Assembly (NCBI GenBank): GCA_964016885.1
Contig: OZ024741.1
Coordinates: 182,714,001 to 182,778,000, forward strand
Length of the DNA: 64,000 bases
Direction: 5' to 3'
From: Eledone cirrhosa
Lineage: Eukaryota
Shown here: positions 41,384 to 55,460 of the stretch, one piece after another
Layout of the letters: the number at the start of each line of letters is the position of its first letter
How positions within the stretch are numbered: the first letter of the stretch is position 1
Translations under genes and position numbers: made by a program
Notes under the pieces: model-generated
What the model was told of the DNA's origin: nothing
What the model saw: the letters and a program-made list of their open reading frames with translations, nothing else
The model's database searches: none

Positions 41384-42029
41384 GAAAAATGGTGAGCTGT
41401 GTTGTTGCAAATATGATATATATAATAAAATGAAGAATTAGAAATAGAAGCCAGGACTATCCATCATCAATGGTCTACTAGCCATCATAGATATTTCTTC
41501 GCATTACAGACCATATACCTCCGGCTAGAGCAATACAATAACTAAATTAAGTTATTGGGATAAAAAGAGTTGGGTGGAGAAAGAGAGACAGGTAAACAAA
41601 CACGAATGGTGAGGCAACGTAAAGAGAGGAAAAATGAGAAAATCAAGTCAATGATTCATTTGAACATAACTTGCGAATATTGACGAGAAGGCAAAGGACA
41701 CATCTTGGCCGTGCGAATGTGAGCGAGGAAAAGGATCACGTACGGTGTGGGACGATGGAGGAAGAGAGAGGGTGAGTAGCAGAAGTAAGTGAGTGAAAGT
41801 GAGAGGAAGAGGCTAGCCGAGAGAGGGTGACTAGCAGAGGGGGTGAGTGAAAGTAAGAGGGAAAAGGAGAGAGAAAGAGGATAGCAGTAAGGGAAGAGAA
41901 AAAGACAGGTCACAGCGAAGGGGAAAGCATATATGAATGAAAAATGGCGAGCTGTGTTGTTGCAAATGAAGAAATATATATAATGAAAATAAATCAAAGA
42001 AGCCCTCAATACATCAAAAGTCTTTATTA

Positions 42030-42067
42030 GCCAACAATGTTTCGTCCTATTAAGGACTCATCAGGGC
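42030..42067 (-). ncRNA. Compact canonical type-I hammerhead ribozyme
   Basis: Minus strand: gcc CTGATGA GTCCT taat AGGAC GAAAC att GTT ggc taataaa. Confidence 0.85.
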
Positions 42068-42206
42068 AATTAAAGCTATAAGAAGCACTATCAGCCAATA
42101 CAAGCCGAAAACTCAGAAGAATATGGAGTGTACATATATATATATATATATAGGGATTTTAACGAATCGAACATTATTATTAATGTTCGATATAACTCAT
42201 ATGTAT

Positions 42207-42248
<42 letters not shown>

Positions 42249-42310
42249 ATTTTAACCAATCGAACATTATTATTAATGTTCGATATAACCCATACGTACA
42301 TATGTATAGG

Positions 42311-42355
<45 letters not shown>

Positions 42356-42959
42356 ACGTATGCATACTTACATTTATGCATCAGCTGTGCTAGTGCGAGA
42401 AATAAAATTCTAATTTTATTTTTATTCTGTCACCGTATATTTGATTTTATTTGAGACTGTTTTCTAATAGTTCAACTATGAAAACTACTTAAGCGACTTC
42501 ACTATCATAAATATATGAGTTTTACTTCAAATGATATCGAATAAAGACAAGAACATCCGGAGTTATCTCCCATAAAGTCAACATTGTTAAAGATACTTGT
42601 AATCAAAAGCATGTCATGTTTTTCTAGTGTTACCTTTTTTAAGACGCCAGTGATATTTGGGGCAGTTTAGGCTGTTGTTTCTAGTAGATCGAGTGACCAG
42701 AGAAACGCCCTTATAATGTTATTAATGGTAGTATTTATAGTGTCTCAACACACGGTAGACATTAACTGGAGATTATGTTCTTGAAAGTATTACCTTTGTT
42801 GTTGTATAACTGTTGGTCATTCCTCACCCAGCAGACAGAGAGCCGCTACTTCTCCGAATTGAGAGGTCACAGATCCGATACTATAGGTACGAGGTTAGAA
42901 TGTCTCATATTTTTCTAGTATGACATTTTTTTAAAACGCCAGTGGTATTTGGGGCAGTT

Positions 42960-44620
42960 TCGGCAGATCCTGTCAGAAGCAGCCACCACCAACTGATCCG
43001 GCTGGATCCTCAAGCAAAATCTGCCATGCTCATGGATGTTATTCAACCATCTTGCCCGGAGTCTACCCCTGGGTCTTCTGCCAGTAAAATCTGTTCAGCG
43101 GTTCTTTCCTGAGACATTCTAACTACATACCCATAGTAGCGGAGATGTGATCTCTCAATTTGGAGAAGTAGCGGCTCTACCTGGAGTGACTCTCTGATCT
43201 CCGAGCTACGCACTTTATCGAGTAACGGTACTCGAAAGACCCTTCGGAGGAACCCCATTTCGGCCGCGTGTATTCGTGATCGTATCCTTTCGGTTATTAC
43301 CTAATATTCATGACCATAGGTAAGGGTTGTCACGAATATCGAATTGAAGATAACAAATTTTTCACCTACCTCTCTCTTTTTCTGATTACCGAATGCTGAA
43401 GCTGGTGCATTACTGCACCAGCTTCAGCAATTCTTGCACTTAACTCAGTCTCCTACCTTCCATTACTCGAGAACACGGCCCCGAGATACTTGAACTTCTC
43501 TACCTGCTTCAGTGGAACTCCATTCAGTGTAAAGTGCACTGCGCAGGCTCCTTTGAGGGAGCGAGTGTCTCAGTTTTCGCAGCGCTGATTTTCATTCCAG
43601 CCATGCAGCACTTGGCATCAAACCTAGCAAGTGCAAGTTGTAGATCACGTTCTGTCGAGTTAAGTAATGCCATGTCATCTGCAATTCCAACCGACTAATT
43701 TCTACACCCACCAGCCATGATACAACATCCAACGCAGCTGCGCTTGTCACTCCTGTTCATGAAAATATGGAACAGGAAAGGTGGCAGTATGCACCCTTGG
43801 TGGAATCCGAATCCCACATTGAATGGTTTCGATGTAGCACCTTTTATCCGAACTCAAATACAAGGGCATTCTTATAGAGGCATCGAGGAACGCGTTCATG
43901 TACCTTTTCAAGGTCTACAAAACAAGAATACACCTCTTGGCAATACTCCCACGATTTTTCGAAGACCTGCCACAGAATATTTGGTCGGCTGTGCTGCGTA
44001 CGGGCGAAAACTGCACTGTTCATCTGCTAGCTTGGACTCGACAATTTCTTTACATTTTTGCAAGATCACTCTGTAATTGAAACAATCTCTCGTTTCACCT
44101 TTTGAAAATTGGGATTATTACTCCGATTTGCCATTCTTCCGGAGCTTTTCCAGGGATCCAGGCCACACAGAGAATACCTTCTCTATTTAAAACTTTTAAC
44201 ATCTCGGGCTGGATCTCATCTTCCCCAGCGGCCTTGCCGCATTTGAGTTCTGTAACTGTTTTTGTGACCTCAGCCTCTGAGAGATTAGTCACCGCTCCCA
44301 GATACACCTCGTGTACATCCGAAGATGCTGTTGTGATCGGGTTTAGGAGATCAGCAAAGTATTCTCTCCACCTCGCTGAAGAAAAGAGAACCATAGACAC
44401 ATTTCTGATAGCAGATGTGGAGGATGACTTATTACAGTCCTATTATGTCTGAAATTTGGACACTGTTACTGTCCCTGCTGTAATTATTCGTGCCTGCGTG
44501 TAACGCAAATGCAAGGAGAACTTGTTTCCAAGTCAAAATTTGTAGGCCTCCTTTGCTCGGATGGTATCTTTGTCCTCTTGATTGAACGAAGGGGTCCAGC
44601 GCCAGACCAAGCCTTTTTCA
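42960..44620 (-). mobile_element. Degraded RTE-like LINE, RT and 3' portion
   Basis: RWREYFADLLN, KAAGEDEIQPEMLK, PEEWQIGVIIPIFK, EKFKYLG, MGFLRRV...RSSEIRESLQVEPLL...LRYYGYVVRM. Confidence 0.85.
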
Positions 44621-44624
44621 CTGG

Positions 44625-45560
44625 CAGTATTTAAAGGCTGAAGCAGAACAATCTACTCTGGACGCATAAAATTGCGTATCCCGAGACCCCAAAGAGGTCT
44701 CGGACGGAAGCAAACCTTAACAATTGGAACCTGGAATATCACAACCCTTACAGGTAAGGAACAGAAACCAGTGGAGGAGGCTGGGTATAGCTGGGGCTTC
44801 CACAACAAAGTTCTGTGTCTCTGGTACTGTAGATTTTGGATGGAAACTCCACTATTCAGGTGTGGTGCCAGAATGACTGCACAAGTAGGAGTGAGGATAC
44901 TCACAAGCCCCTGGCTGTCAGAATGTGTCATGGACTGGATCCCACTAAGAGGGAGTTTTTGCCTCTTGAAGTTTCAGCTGAAAGATAGGTCTTTGTGTGG
45001 GGTGCAAGTTTATGCACCAAACAAGGAGTCCGAATACTAATCCTTCCATGATGAAGTCACTACAGCGTTAGATGTTAAAACTGAGTCATATATCCTAATG
45101 GGAGACATCAATGCACATGCTGGCACTAACCACCTGACGTGGAAAGGAGTAATTGGAAGGAACGGCGACCCCGATCTGAATACGAATGGAGAGACCTTAG
45201 ACTTCTGTTCTAGCACTAGGCTCTCTATTATGAACACCTTATTCCAGCACAGAGACATTCATAAATATACATGGTCTAAGTGTAATCAGGGACAGAGATC
45301 AATATTTGATTTTGTTATTGTCACTGATCTCTTCGATGTTATGCTGGACGTTCATTAAAAGAGGGGCTGAACTGTCAACTGATCACCATCTAGTTATCTG
45401 CGGCTTGAAACTACCTAAGGCGAAAGCTCACAAATCAGGCAAGTCCAGGGCGACCTACAGGATAAAGCGAGAAGCGTTAGTGGAGAAGGAAGTCGGGACC
45501 AGGTAGGCAGATATTATTGCATCCAAATTCAGAGAACTCCCTGAGCAAACTGAGGACATT
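44625..45560 (+). mobile_element. APE endonuclease (5') portion of a LINE, oriented opposite to the adjacent RT portion
   Basis: IGTWNITTLTGKE, VGVRIL, VQVYAPN, MGDINAHAG, IMNTLFQHRDIHKYTW, RSIFDFVIV, STDHHLV. Confidence 0.85.
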
Positions 45561-46516
45561 GCTATATATATATAATATATATTTATTTGTATTCTTTCAC
45601 CGTATATTTGATATTATTTGAGACTGTTTTTTCAACAACTTCACTTTCATCGATATAAAAGTTATAGCTAATATCTGAAGACACTTGTGGAGATGGTCTG
45701 AGTTGGCAAGTATTGACTAACTGCTCTTAAAGAAATATTATGTCAGCTGGGACCACGTTATGGATTAGATCTGAGGTTCTGTACGTCAAAAGGGCAAAGT
45801 GGTCCTTTCATCGACCTGTTACTGTTGACAACTACGTACTATGTGCACAAGACACTACTAAGCTAAAGTTTCCGTTTGGAAAGTATTATCAGAACCTAAA
45901 ACATTTTAAAATGTTCTGTAAATTATGTTGATGTATATTTACTCTTCAAAAGACAGGATTGTCCCGGTTGTATCTTCTTGGAACTAATCAATATCAGCCA
46001 GTCAAAATCAGCAAAGAACATAATGAAGATTGGTCGCGGCTGGAACGTCATTAACCATAGGTCTGCTATATCTGAGCTGGCTTGAGGCTGAACAACAACT
46101 GTTGCCTAAATAAGAAAGGACATTGTATTCTAAAAGAAGATTGAATGTGCACAGCTGAAATACTTTTGATAATAGGTCTGATCGATCAGATTGTGTCGGT
46201 CTAACCAGTAATATTGCAACACACTAAACAAATTGACGGTAAATTTTGGAATAAATTGAAGGCAACGAAGAAGTGTATCACCTGTCCTAATATTTTGGGA
46301 AAATGACGAGCATCTAAACAAAAGCACAAATTCCAAGCCAGTTATTCAATCTAATCATCTGACAAAGGGTTTTTAGACCAAAATATTAGGACAGGTAAAT
46401 AAAATAACAAGTGACACACCAACATCTCAATATCTTCGTTGCTTTCCATTTAATCCATAATCTACCATCCATTTTGCATTGTTGTAGCCTTCAAATAACA
46501 CTACTATATATATATA

Positions 46517-47225
46517 TACTACCAAAATTAAATCAAAGATGTCATATCTGAGAACATCAGAAACACGCGCCACACCACCTGTAGAATAGGCTCAAAGATT
46601 CTAAGGAGTAAATCTGAGCATTTGACATAGAATTAAAAATTGAATGACATATATAGAAAATAAACACATCAAACAATTATATATATATATATGTCATTCG
46701 ATTTTTAATTCAATGTTAATAAATGTTCAGATTTACTCTTTTAGAATCTTTGAGCTTATTCTACAGGTGGCATGGCGCATGTTTCTGGTATTCTCAGACA
46801 TGACATCTTTGATTTAATTTTGGCAGTATTTACGGCTCCTAAATATTCTGTTAGTAGAGCTTTTTCTGTAGACAGGACTAGGTTGCTATTTATAGCTGTC
46901 GATAACCCTGTTTTCGCCAGATTTGACGGCGGGGCGATGTGTATTTTTTAAAACCACATGTACCTTTGGTGTGTAATCGTAAATAATTAAATCTTTTCCT
47001 TTGCCGATGATCCAAGATTTAACATCCCTGATTCACCTACTAATGGTGAAATATATTTCTTTAATGGAATATATACAAAGGAGATTAATCATTATTGCAA
47101 GGTATCTATATTAAAGGTCCTCGTTAATTTTTAATATGTAACCTTAACTGTGTGTATTTACATTCTTTACAATTGTTTGATGTTTATTTTATATATATAT
47201 GTCATACAATTTTTAATTCAATGTT
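46517..47225. repeat. Fold-back (arms 46517-46655 / 46687-46828) attached to a ~500-bp unit with terminal redundancy and a degenerate hammerhead (46997-47082)
   Basis: Arms are reverse complements; 47170-47225 repeats the junction sequence; tcctttg CCGATGA tcca...atg GAA tata TA caaagga. Confidence 0.65.
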
Positions 47226-47609
47226 TATATATACTAGCAGTGGTTTTCTGCTAGCATGTGTAGTGTGTATATTGATATTATACACAAGTATATATACATG
47301 TAGATATGATACATCAAATATCGTAATTGACAATATAAACAGAAATTGAACGAAGACTGTTACACTGTCTTATGTAATCAGTAACGTAATCCATGATACA
47401 TTAAAAAAAGACGATATTATATATAAACTGCATTAGGAGAAAATTAGTATGTTTATTTAAGTGATCGCCACCGGAAGTGTTGACATCACACACTCTCTCT
47501 TTCTATATATATGGTAGTTGAAGTGGTGGTGGTGGCAACGATATACCGGAAGTGCCACTTTGAAAAGAAGTCAATTTTAAATTATTTATTTTTACGAAAT
47601 TTAGTGACG

Positions 47610-47918
47610 CATAGAGTTACGGTCCTTGCCATTGTGAGTTCAAATCTCGCCGAGGTTAACTTTGCCTTTCATCCTTACGGGGTCGATAAAATAAAGTACC
47701 AGTAATACACTGGTTAATTGGCAGTATCGGTAGAGCGTCAGACACCATACTTTGCAACATAAAGGGCCATAACTCTGAGTTCAAATCCCGCCGAGGTTTA
47801 TCTTTGCCTTTCATGCTTACGGGGTCGATAAAATAAAGCACCAGTAATGCACTGGGGTCGATTTAATTGACTTCACCAGCCCTTCAAATCGCTGGCCTTG
47901 TGCCAAAAGTAGAAACAA
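47610..47918 (+). mobile_element. Two tandem tRNA-derived SINE copies with a conserved central domain (Meta/Nin-like)
   Basis: B-box gagttcaaatc followed by gccgagg..tttgcctttcatcc..ggggtcgataaaataa.gtaccag, present twice. Confidence 0.75.
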
Positions 47919-48578
47919 TTATTTATTCAAAGTAATCCAACTTATTTTACTAACGGGATAAAAATAAATAAACCGTACGCAGACCTTCCTTTATGATTAG
48001 TTTAGATATATATTATTTGCAGAGATACAAGGAACTTTTGATTAACATTGTTATCTAATTAGGAAGGGAAAATTAAGTGCATCAGCAACAATTTGGTAGG
48101 CTAACAAATTAGTGAGGAAGCAGAAGTAAAGGGTTGTTTACCCCAATTCAGCCGTGTTGCAATAACCCTATGATCAAGTGTTCCAGCCATGACCATCCCA
48201 TCCTATCTTTTTTTTTCGTTCAAAGTGAATTTATGACTACATTGCCTAACGTTTTCATTGTTTTAAAGGCTGTAGGGTTTGAACTAAAGGAAATTTAGTT
48301 GCTATTTCTTGCAGGCGAGGTGACTACAGAGAAGCTCCCTCATTGATTTAAGTTGTTAATCAGCCATGATTCAGAAAACCTCCAAAACCATTCCAGCTGT
48401 GACAAACTAATCTTTCACATCTTTTCACACATCATATTGAATACTACATTATTTATATATCTTTTTTTTAAATACAGTATGATTTGAATTAAGGGATATT
48501 TTGTTGTTATAACTAGCAGGCAAGCAACCATGTAGAATCTCTTTCACTGGCTTCCGTAGTAGTTGCAGTAGATTTTGT

Positions 48579-48811
48579 TTAAACCCTTTCTCGTTAAAGA
48601 CACTGCCTGTGATTTTCAAATAATTAAGAATTTGGAGAAATTGAGTAATATAACATTCTCATGAAGCTGATGTTTAGAATATATCTAAACAAGGGTTCTT
48701 ACATGAAATTATGGTTGAAGGTAATTTAGATAAATATAAACACTTAAAATATATAGCTTTGTATCACTGAACCAAAGGCAATTTCAGGTGGTTTGGTATC
48801 AAATGGGTTAA
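48579..48811. mobile_element. Possible piggyBac-type MITE relic
   Basis: ttaa-acccttt ... aaatggg-ttaa termini; interior degenerate. Confidence 0.4.
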
Positions 48812-48943
48812 TAAACAGTCAAAGTGTCCTTCTTTCCTGTAATTTCTAATGAAATACTTTGTATTTTAATTAATGAATAAAGAATTTGGAAAGGATTTAC
48901 TAAAATTAAAATTTCATTAAGATAATGTTTGTAGCATCACAAA

Positions 48944-49152
48944 ATGTTTCTACTTTAGGCACAAGGCCAGCGGTTTGAAGGGGGTGGGCAAGTCAATTAA
49001 ATCGACCCCCAGTGCATAACTGGTGCTTCATTTTATCAACCTCATAAGCATGAAAAGATAACCTCAGCGGGATTTGAACTCAGAACATAAAGGGCCATAA
49101 CTCTATGTTGCAAAGTATGGTTTTCCGACGCTCTACCGATACTGCCAATCCA
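48944..49152 (-). mobile_element. Same SINE family, inverted copy
   Basis: Reverse complement of ~47716-47918 along most of its length. Confidence 0.78.
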
Positions 49153-51879
49153 CTGCAAAATGTTCTTATATAAAATTATGTTGAAAGTTTTTTTATTTAA
49201 GTAGGAACCCTTTAAAATTGGGGCATGTAACAGGGGCATGTAACTTTGTATCAAATACCATATTTCCCAGCATCAAATGAATTCCAACCTTGAAGATACA
49301 CCCCAATTTTATTTGGAAAAAAAAGATTCTTTTTGCATTTTCACATATTTTATCAAGATATTTTGTTAATGGCTTAGTAACACATAATTCTTGTTGAACA
49401 CTTCTTTTAATGGATAACTTTCGTAAAGGACCACAATCTTACTTCTACTGTCACTAAAACTACTGCCATTAAAATCAGGGTTATCTGAGGGGAGTGAAAA
49501 TACCAATGAAACTGATATAGGATTTGCAATCTACAACTAATGAAAATACCAGTCAATATAACATGTACATTAGTTAGCCCATCTCCCAATAAGGGAATGG
49601 ATTTTTGTGATTACATATTTATTTTTAATGGTGTTTTTGTTTATCTTAACTAATTATAATTTATACACTAATTTATACCAACCGAATGCAGAAGTGTTGA
49701 TTGTCTCGCACAGATAACTTAAAATTGGTTAATTAAAAATATAACCTTCATCTAGAACATACAAGAAATTTTCAAGATTTATTTTAGAAAAAAAGATATC
49801 TTTTATGATGGGATATATGGTGTAATGGGGTATGAATTAAGGGAGATTAGAATGGTGCCATGATAAAACATAAGGAGTACACTTTCTAAAGTTGTTGAAG
49901 TTAGGACGGACATCCAGCAATAAAAAAAAAACATACAAAAATTGAAACATATGAGACATGATCTACTGGTCTGTCAGAGAAGTATGGATGAGCAATAACT
50001 CTGAATAAAAACTGACTTAGAGGCTTGGATAGTGACAATGCATTCAATTCATGCCAGTCTGGAAACCAGCCATAAAATGATGATAATGGTGAGTGGCTGC
50101 TATTTCAAGCAGGTTGAGTAACGGCATGACCAAATAGATATTAACAGCTGTGTAGCTGTAGATGTAGTTATTGTTAAATAAGAATGTTTCTGTTGATGGA
50201 ATGCCTAAATCAAGAAGACAAAATATACAGCAAAGATATAACTATTGTTTCCTACACTTTTTTATTTGTTAACCGAGAACAGTGCATTTGGTAATTTTTA
50301 TATTTTGTTTTCACGTAACAAACTGGCATTTAAGTGTGATGGATATAAAAAAAACACTGCAATGAAGAAGATTTTATGACAGTATTACTTTGAAGAAGAA
50401 ATCATACCCCCCCCAAAAAAATTAATGTTGAAAAGAAAAAGAAAAAACAATAAAAAAAGAAATAATAATCGTGGTAATAACCTTGAACACTTTTATGTAT
50501 GGTTTTTCCAAGATAGATGTAGGCCTAATCTTTGTTTTAAGTAAAGAAAAACCCATGACGTATTTCTTAAAACATTGAATAATAATAATTAAAATAATTT
50601 TAGTAAACTATTATTACATGTAGACCAAATATATGAAGATCAAAAATAAAAATGGTAAATATATATGTGTGTGTGTGTATGTATATATATATATATATAT
50701 ATACTAACAAAATTATAGATATCATGCCTGAGAAGATCAGAAACATGAGCCATATATGTGTGTGTGTATATATATATACTTCAATATCCTAAATTCGTAT
50801 TTGTTTTTGCTCCCCCCATTTAAATCAAATGTTCAAACTCAAGTAATCAAAAATGATAATTAATAATGACAACTAAAGAAGAGGATGTGTAATTATGCAC
50901 ATGTGTGCATGGAGACTGGTTGGTTTGGTTACTTTTTTTTATAATTTTTTTTTTATTTATTTGTCTTTTTTTTCCAGATTTTTTTAAATATTTTAAGTAG
51001 CTGCAATTATGACATGAGAAGAGACATTAAGTGTACCTATGGTCCAGTCCAAACTGGTCCACCCACCCCAAAACAAAAACTTTAAAACGATAATGAAAAT
51101 CACTTAGGACTGGGGATGTTTTCAGATGATATTTGTGTGTCTGGTCTATATATGTATGTGCATGTGTGTTGTTTGTGTAACCAATGGCTCTAAACTATTT
51201 AATGATTCATTTTGGTTTATTACTATTAAAAACAATAATTAGGATTTAGGGCAGGTTACTATAAACAAAATATCAATGATGTGTGGTTAATAAATTCAGT
51301 TCACAACTATGTGGGGAGTTCAGGTTTGATACCATTGTGTGGTACCTTCAGCAAGTGTCTTTTATCAAAGTCTTATAAATGAAATTTGGTAGACAAAAAC
51401 TGTGCAGAAGCCTGTTGGAATGACTGTTTCTGGTTTTGAGAGGTAGACTTAATCCATCACCTGGTTTAACACATACTGCCACTTGGCACATGGTTCTTAA
51501 CAAAATCTACTTTGTTGCAAGTATCGAAACCTAGGTCTCTGGTCTGAGGTTAACTTCCACTTTTCCTGTGATTAAACCATTGAGGTAAAAAAAAAAAAAA
51601 AAAAGACCCCCCTCAAAATAGGATGAAAATATAGGCAGTTAAGAACAGAAGGGAGCAAGTAGGCAAATTGGCATGGGCCTACAAATTTGAGAGGACCTAC
51701 TGACATCAAGTTCTAGTACTTTTATTCTGTCCTCTTACATCAAGTACATGCATATATAACAGTAACCCATACATAAATCCTACATATTTAGCACTGGTTT
51801 ACTAAAATACTTAATGAGCTGGTTGAAATGTGGTCAACATTTTACATCTTGCCTAGACCTATTACAAGATGGGGTGAGG

Positions 51880-52370
51880 TGAAATATATTTTACATTTGA
51901 CTCAGACATATTACTTACTTTAAGGGCCTACATTTTACACTGCCTTTAAGCCTAGTACCTGCTTTGCAGGGCCTATATTTTACATTAAGCATGAGCCTAG
52001 TACTTGCTTTAGGAGGGGACTTTCATTTTATATTGGGCTTGAGTGTAGCACTTGCTTTGGGGCTCCTATATATTACAGGTGGTTAGAGGTTATATCCTGC
52101 TTAAGGAGTCTACATTTCATTTCTGGCCTAAGCATATTACCTGCTCTGGGGGCTAACATTCCACATCTAACTTGGTACTATTACTTGCTTTTGGGAGCCT
52201 ATATTTTATATCTGGCCTGAGCTTATTGTTTGGGGGAAAGAGGCTATATTTTACACTTGGTTTGGTTCTACTACTTTATTTGAGAGTCTATATTTCACAA
52301 CTGGCCTGGGGCTACTACCAGCATTTTGGCTATTACCAGCTTTGGAGGCCTAGATTCCACATTTGACCCA
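51880..52370. repeat. Old degenerate ~40-bp minisatellite
   Basis: Recurring tatattttacat...gagcctagtacttgctttgggggcc units. Confidence 0.7.
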
Positions 52371-52707
52371 GATTTACATGGGCTTTGGTGGAAGCAAGGG
52401 AGATTAAAGAGATGAATAACTAAAACGAAGAGGGGGGGGGGATAGAAAAGAATTAAAAAATAAAGAAACACTAGTACAAATTTTTGGTACCTTATTTCAA
52501 AATCATACACATTAGAACAACAAACAAACAATTTGCCAAAAAACAAAGATTTTAGCAGACAATTTCTAAATGCATTTTATTAACCTATGACAGTTTAATA
52601 CTGAAAATTTTTATTATTATCCATGCAAGATTATTTAAAAACTAGAAGAGAGAAAGATTTTGTAAACAAGAAAAACAAAAATAATAATAATAATAATAAT
52701 GTTGATG

Positions 52708-52761
<54 letters not shown>

Positions 52762-53086
52762 GTAATAACATAATATAAAAGACAAAAAAAGGCATTGAAA
52801 ATAGATTTTTTTTTTAGTAGACTTGATATATATTGAAACTATTTCGTTGAAGGGCTAACTGTTTCGCAGGAGGATGGGCCCATGTTACTTTTCATCCTTA
52901 TATGTATTATGTGTGTGTGTGTGTGAGTGTGTGTTTTCATGATTCATGAATGAGATAAGAGGAAGGAGGGGAAGGAGAGGGACCATACACGTACCTATCT
53001 TGATGATGACCGAGGACAATGGTGATGGGGCTGAGGTGAAAAAGACAATTTAATGGGATCATATTGTATAGGTGTATATTATATAT

Positions 53087-53161
<75 letters not shown>

Positions 53162-53919
53162 TACATGTGAGTGTGTGTGAGTGTAGACTGAAATGAAAAA
53201 GAAGGAGGGGAAAGAAAGAGAAGCCAATTTGTCCTGGTGATGGCGATGTAGCAGCAAATGACGACACAATAAAAAAAAAAAATACATTATGATAATGGCA
53301 ATAATAATAAAAAATAATAAAAATTGTAATACTAATTGCAATAACATGACATAGTAATAAAAATAATAATGATTCATAATAACAATAAGAATAATAATGA
53401 AACACTGACAACAATTATACCCAGGAGTAGAGTTGGCCAATAGATTGATACTAACATCAATATATAAATTTTTTTTTTTGATAGTTTCATATTTTTATAG
53501 ATCTTTTCAGTGACATTTTCTTTAATTTTTTTTTTGCTCTTAAGCCCATTTTTTGTTTGTTATATTGTTATATTTTCCACCCACCCACCAAAACCTTTTT
53601 GTATTATTTTTTCTTAGTTTTTTTTTTATCCCCAATATTTCTATAAAAATTGTTAAAGTATGGTGGTATGAAGCACTTGAGTGGGTTATGTCTCAGTTCC
53701 ATCCATACCCAGCCAATATATATATAATATACACCCTGACCCAGCCAAATCTTATATTGATGTTGCTTTCTTTCTTTCTTTCTGTTATATGTTTTTCTTT
53801 TCCTTCTTTCTTTTCTGAAACATACTTTGCTATTTGTTGCAAAACTTTTGCTGTTGTCAACTCCACAACATGAATTCTTCTCTCATGAAATAAAAATTAC
53901 ATGTGCATAAGTGTACATG

Positions 53920-53975
<56 letters not shown>

Positions 53976-54016
53976 AACATATATATATATATATACACAC
54001 ACATACATACGTGGTA

Positions 54017-54114
<98 letters not shown>

Positions 54115-54262
54115 TTAGTGTGGACAGCTACCAATCCAAAATGCATGCATGTGTTTTACAACCAGAAAAATACAACAGTCCACTTCTTTCCAACAGGTCT
54201 ATAGAAAGTTCTTGAATGTCTTGAGAACAGATCCTTCAGATCCATCTTGTTAACATAATAAA

Positions 54263-54349
<87 letters not shown>

Positions 54350-54513
54350 ATGTGTGTGTATATATATATGCATATACACACACTATGAGCTTTGACTGAA
54401 TGCACTTGTCAGCCAGAGAAAAAAGAGAGAGTGAGTGAGTAAAGCTGATCTGATCTGATTAAAAATAATGACAATAGTAATGATGATTTCTTACATGGAC
54501 ACACAAGGTCTCA

Positions 54514-54551
<38 letters not shown>

Positions 54552-54613
54552 TGGTAATAATGAAAAGAAAATGAATTCTAAAACAATTTTCCAAAGCACC
54601 TTGCAAGTCTCGT

Positions 54614-54744
54614 TTAACTGGAGAATTGCACCAGATACCTTTGACACACCTGTGCTGGGTCATAAACAATGTATTCATTGTAAGACGTGTACCTGAACTT
54701 TGCTGTTGGGTTGTTAATCAGTGGTCCCAGTGGTAAGGTAGCAC
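54614..54744 (-). CDS. PARP catalytic domain, last coding exon
   Basis: ttgtAG acceptor; (G)ATLPLGPLINNPTAKFRYTSYNEYIVYDPAQVCQRYLVQFSS*; contains the catalytic Glu motif YNEYIVY; phase matches the previous exon. Not in the ORF track. Confidence 0.95.
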
Positions 54745-55249
54745 CTACAATGGAAACAGACAAACATGTTCTTCACTCAAATCAAATCATTTTAAAGTTA
54801 ATTATATCATCATTCTTATACACTTTTTTTCCTTTTCTGTATTTTTTATACTCTTATCATTTCCATTCATTTGACTAAGACCATACAGGGACAGGCCCCA
54901 CTCACTAGGGCAATGTTTCCTTAAGTGGGTTCCGGGTGTCTTTTAATGAAATTCAATAACAAATTTTCAAAATAAAACTTTTATATGAATAAATTCTGCC
55001 TCTAAAACAAATTTTGTTTAGTTTAAAGTTCTATTAAAATTAAGATAGTGGAGATAATCTGTAAAATGTAGGTATGCATTTCCCAATTTCTGGAAATCTT
55101 ATATGGGTTCCATGGCAAAATAACTCTGGAAACCACTACATCAACCCCAGTACTTTATACGTATCAACTAGTACATGTCCTTCCATTAACAAGAGAAAAA
55201 AAACAAAAACAAAAAAAAAAAAACGGTTGATTTGGCAATTTCTAACAGT

Positions 55250-55460
55250 TTGCGTGACCACATAGGGTCATGTTTGCTGCCTAAAGTGACCACATAAAGA
55301 ATTGCTGGCTCGAATAATCACAGTCTTGCTCGTTGGGTCAAATGACCGCATAATCTTGCTCAGTCACAAGTGACAACATAGGGTCTTACTCGTTGGCTTG
55401 AGTGACTGCATAGTCTTGCTCACTGGCTTGATTGACCACATAGGGTTTTGCTCACTGACT
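55250..55460. repeat. Degenerate ~30-bp intronic minisatellite
   Basis: gtgaccacatagggtcttgctc.ttggctt-like unit repeated ~7 times. Confidence 0.65.

Noticed and set aside
42148-42312. Duplicated ~65-bp segment with hairpin atcgaacatta-t-taatgttcgat-like core
   Set aside because: Local tandem duplication between TA tracts; no further evidence of function.
46205-46505. Novel structured RNA from nested inverted repeats
   Set aside because: acctgtcctaatattttgg / ccaaaatattaggacaggt resemble Tc1-type subterminal repeats; more simply an eroded MITE.
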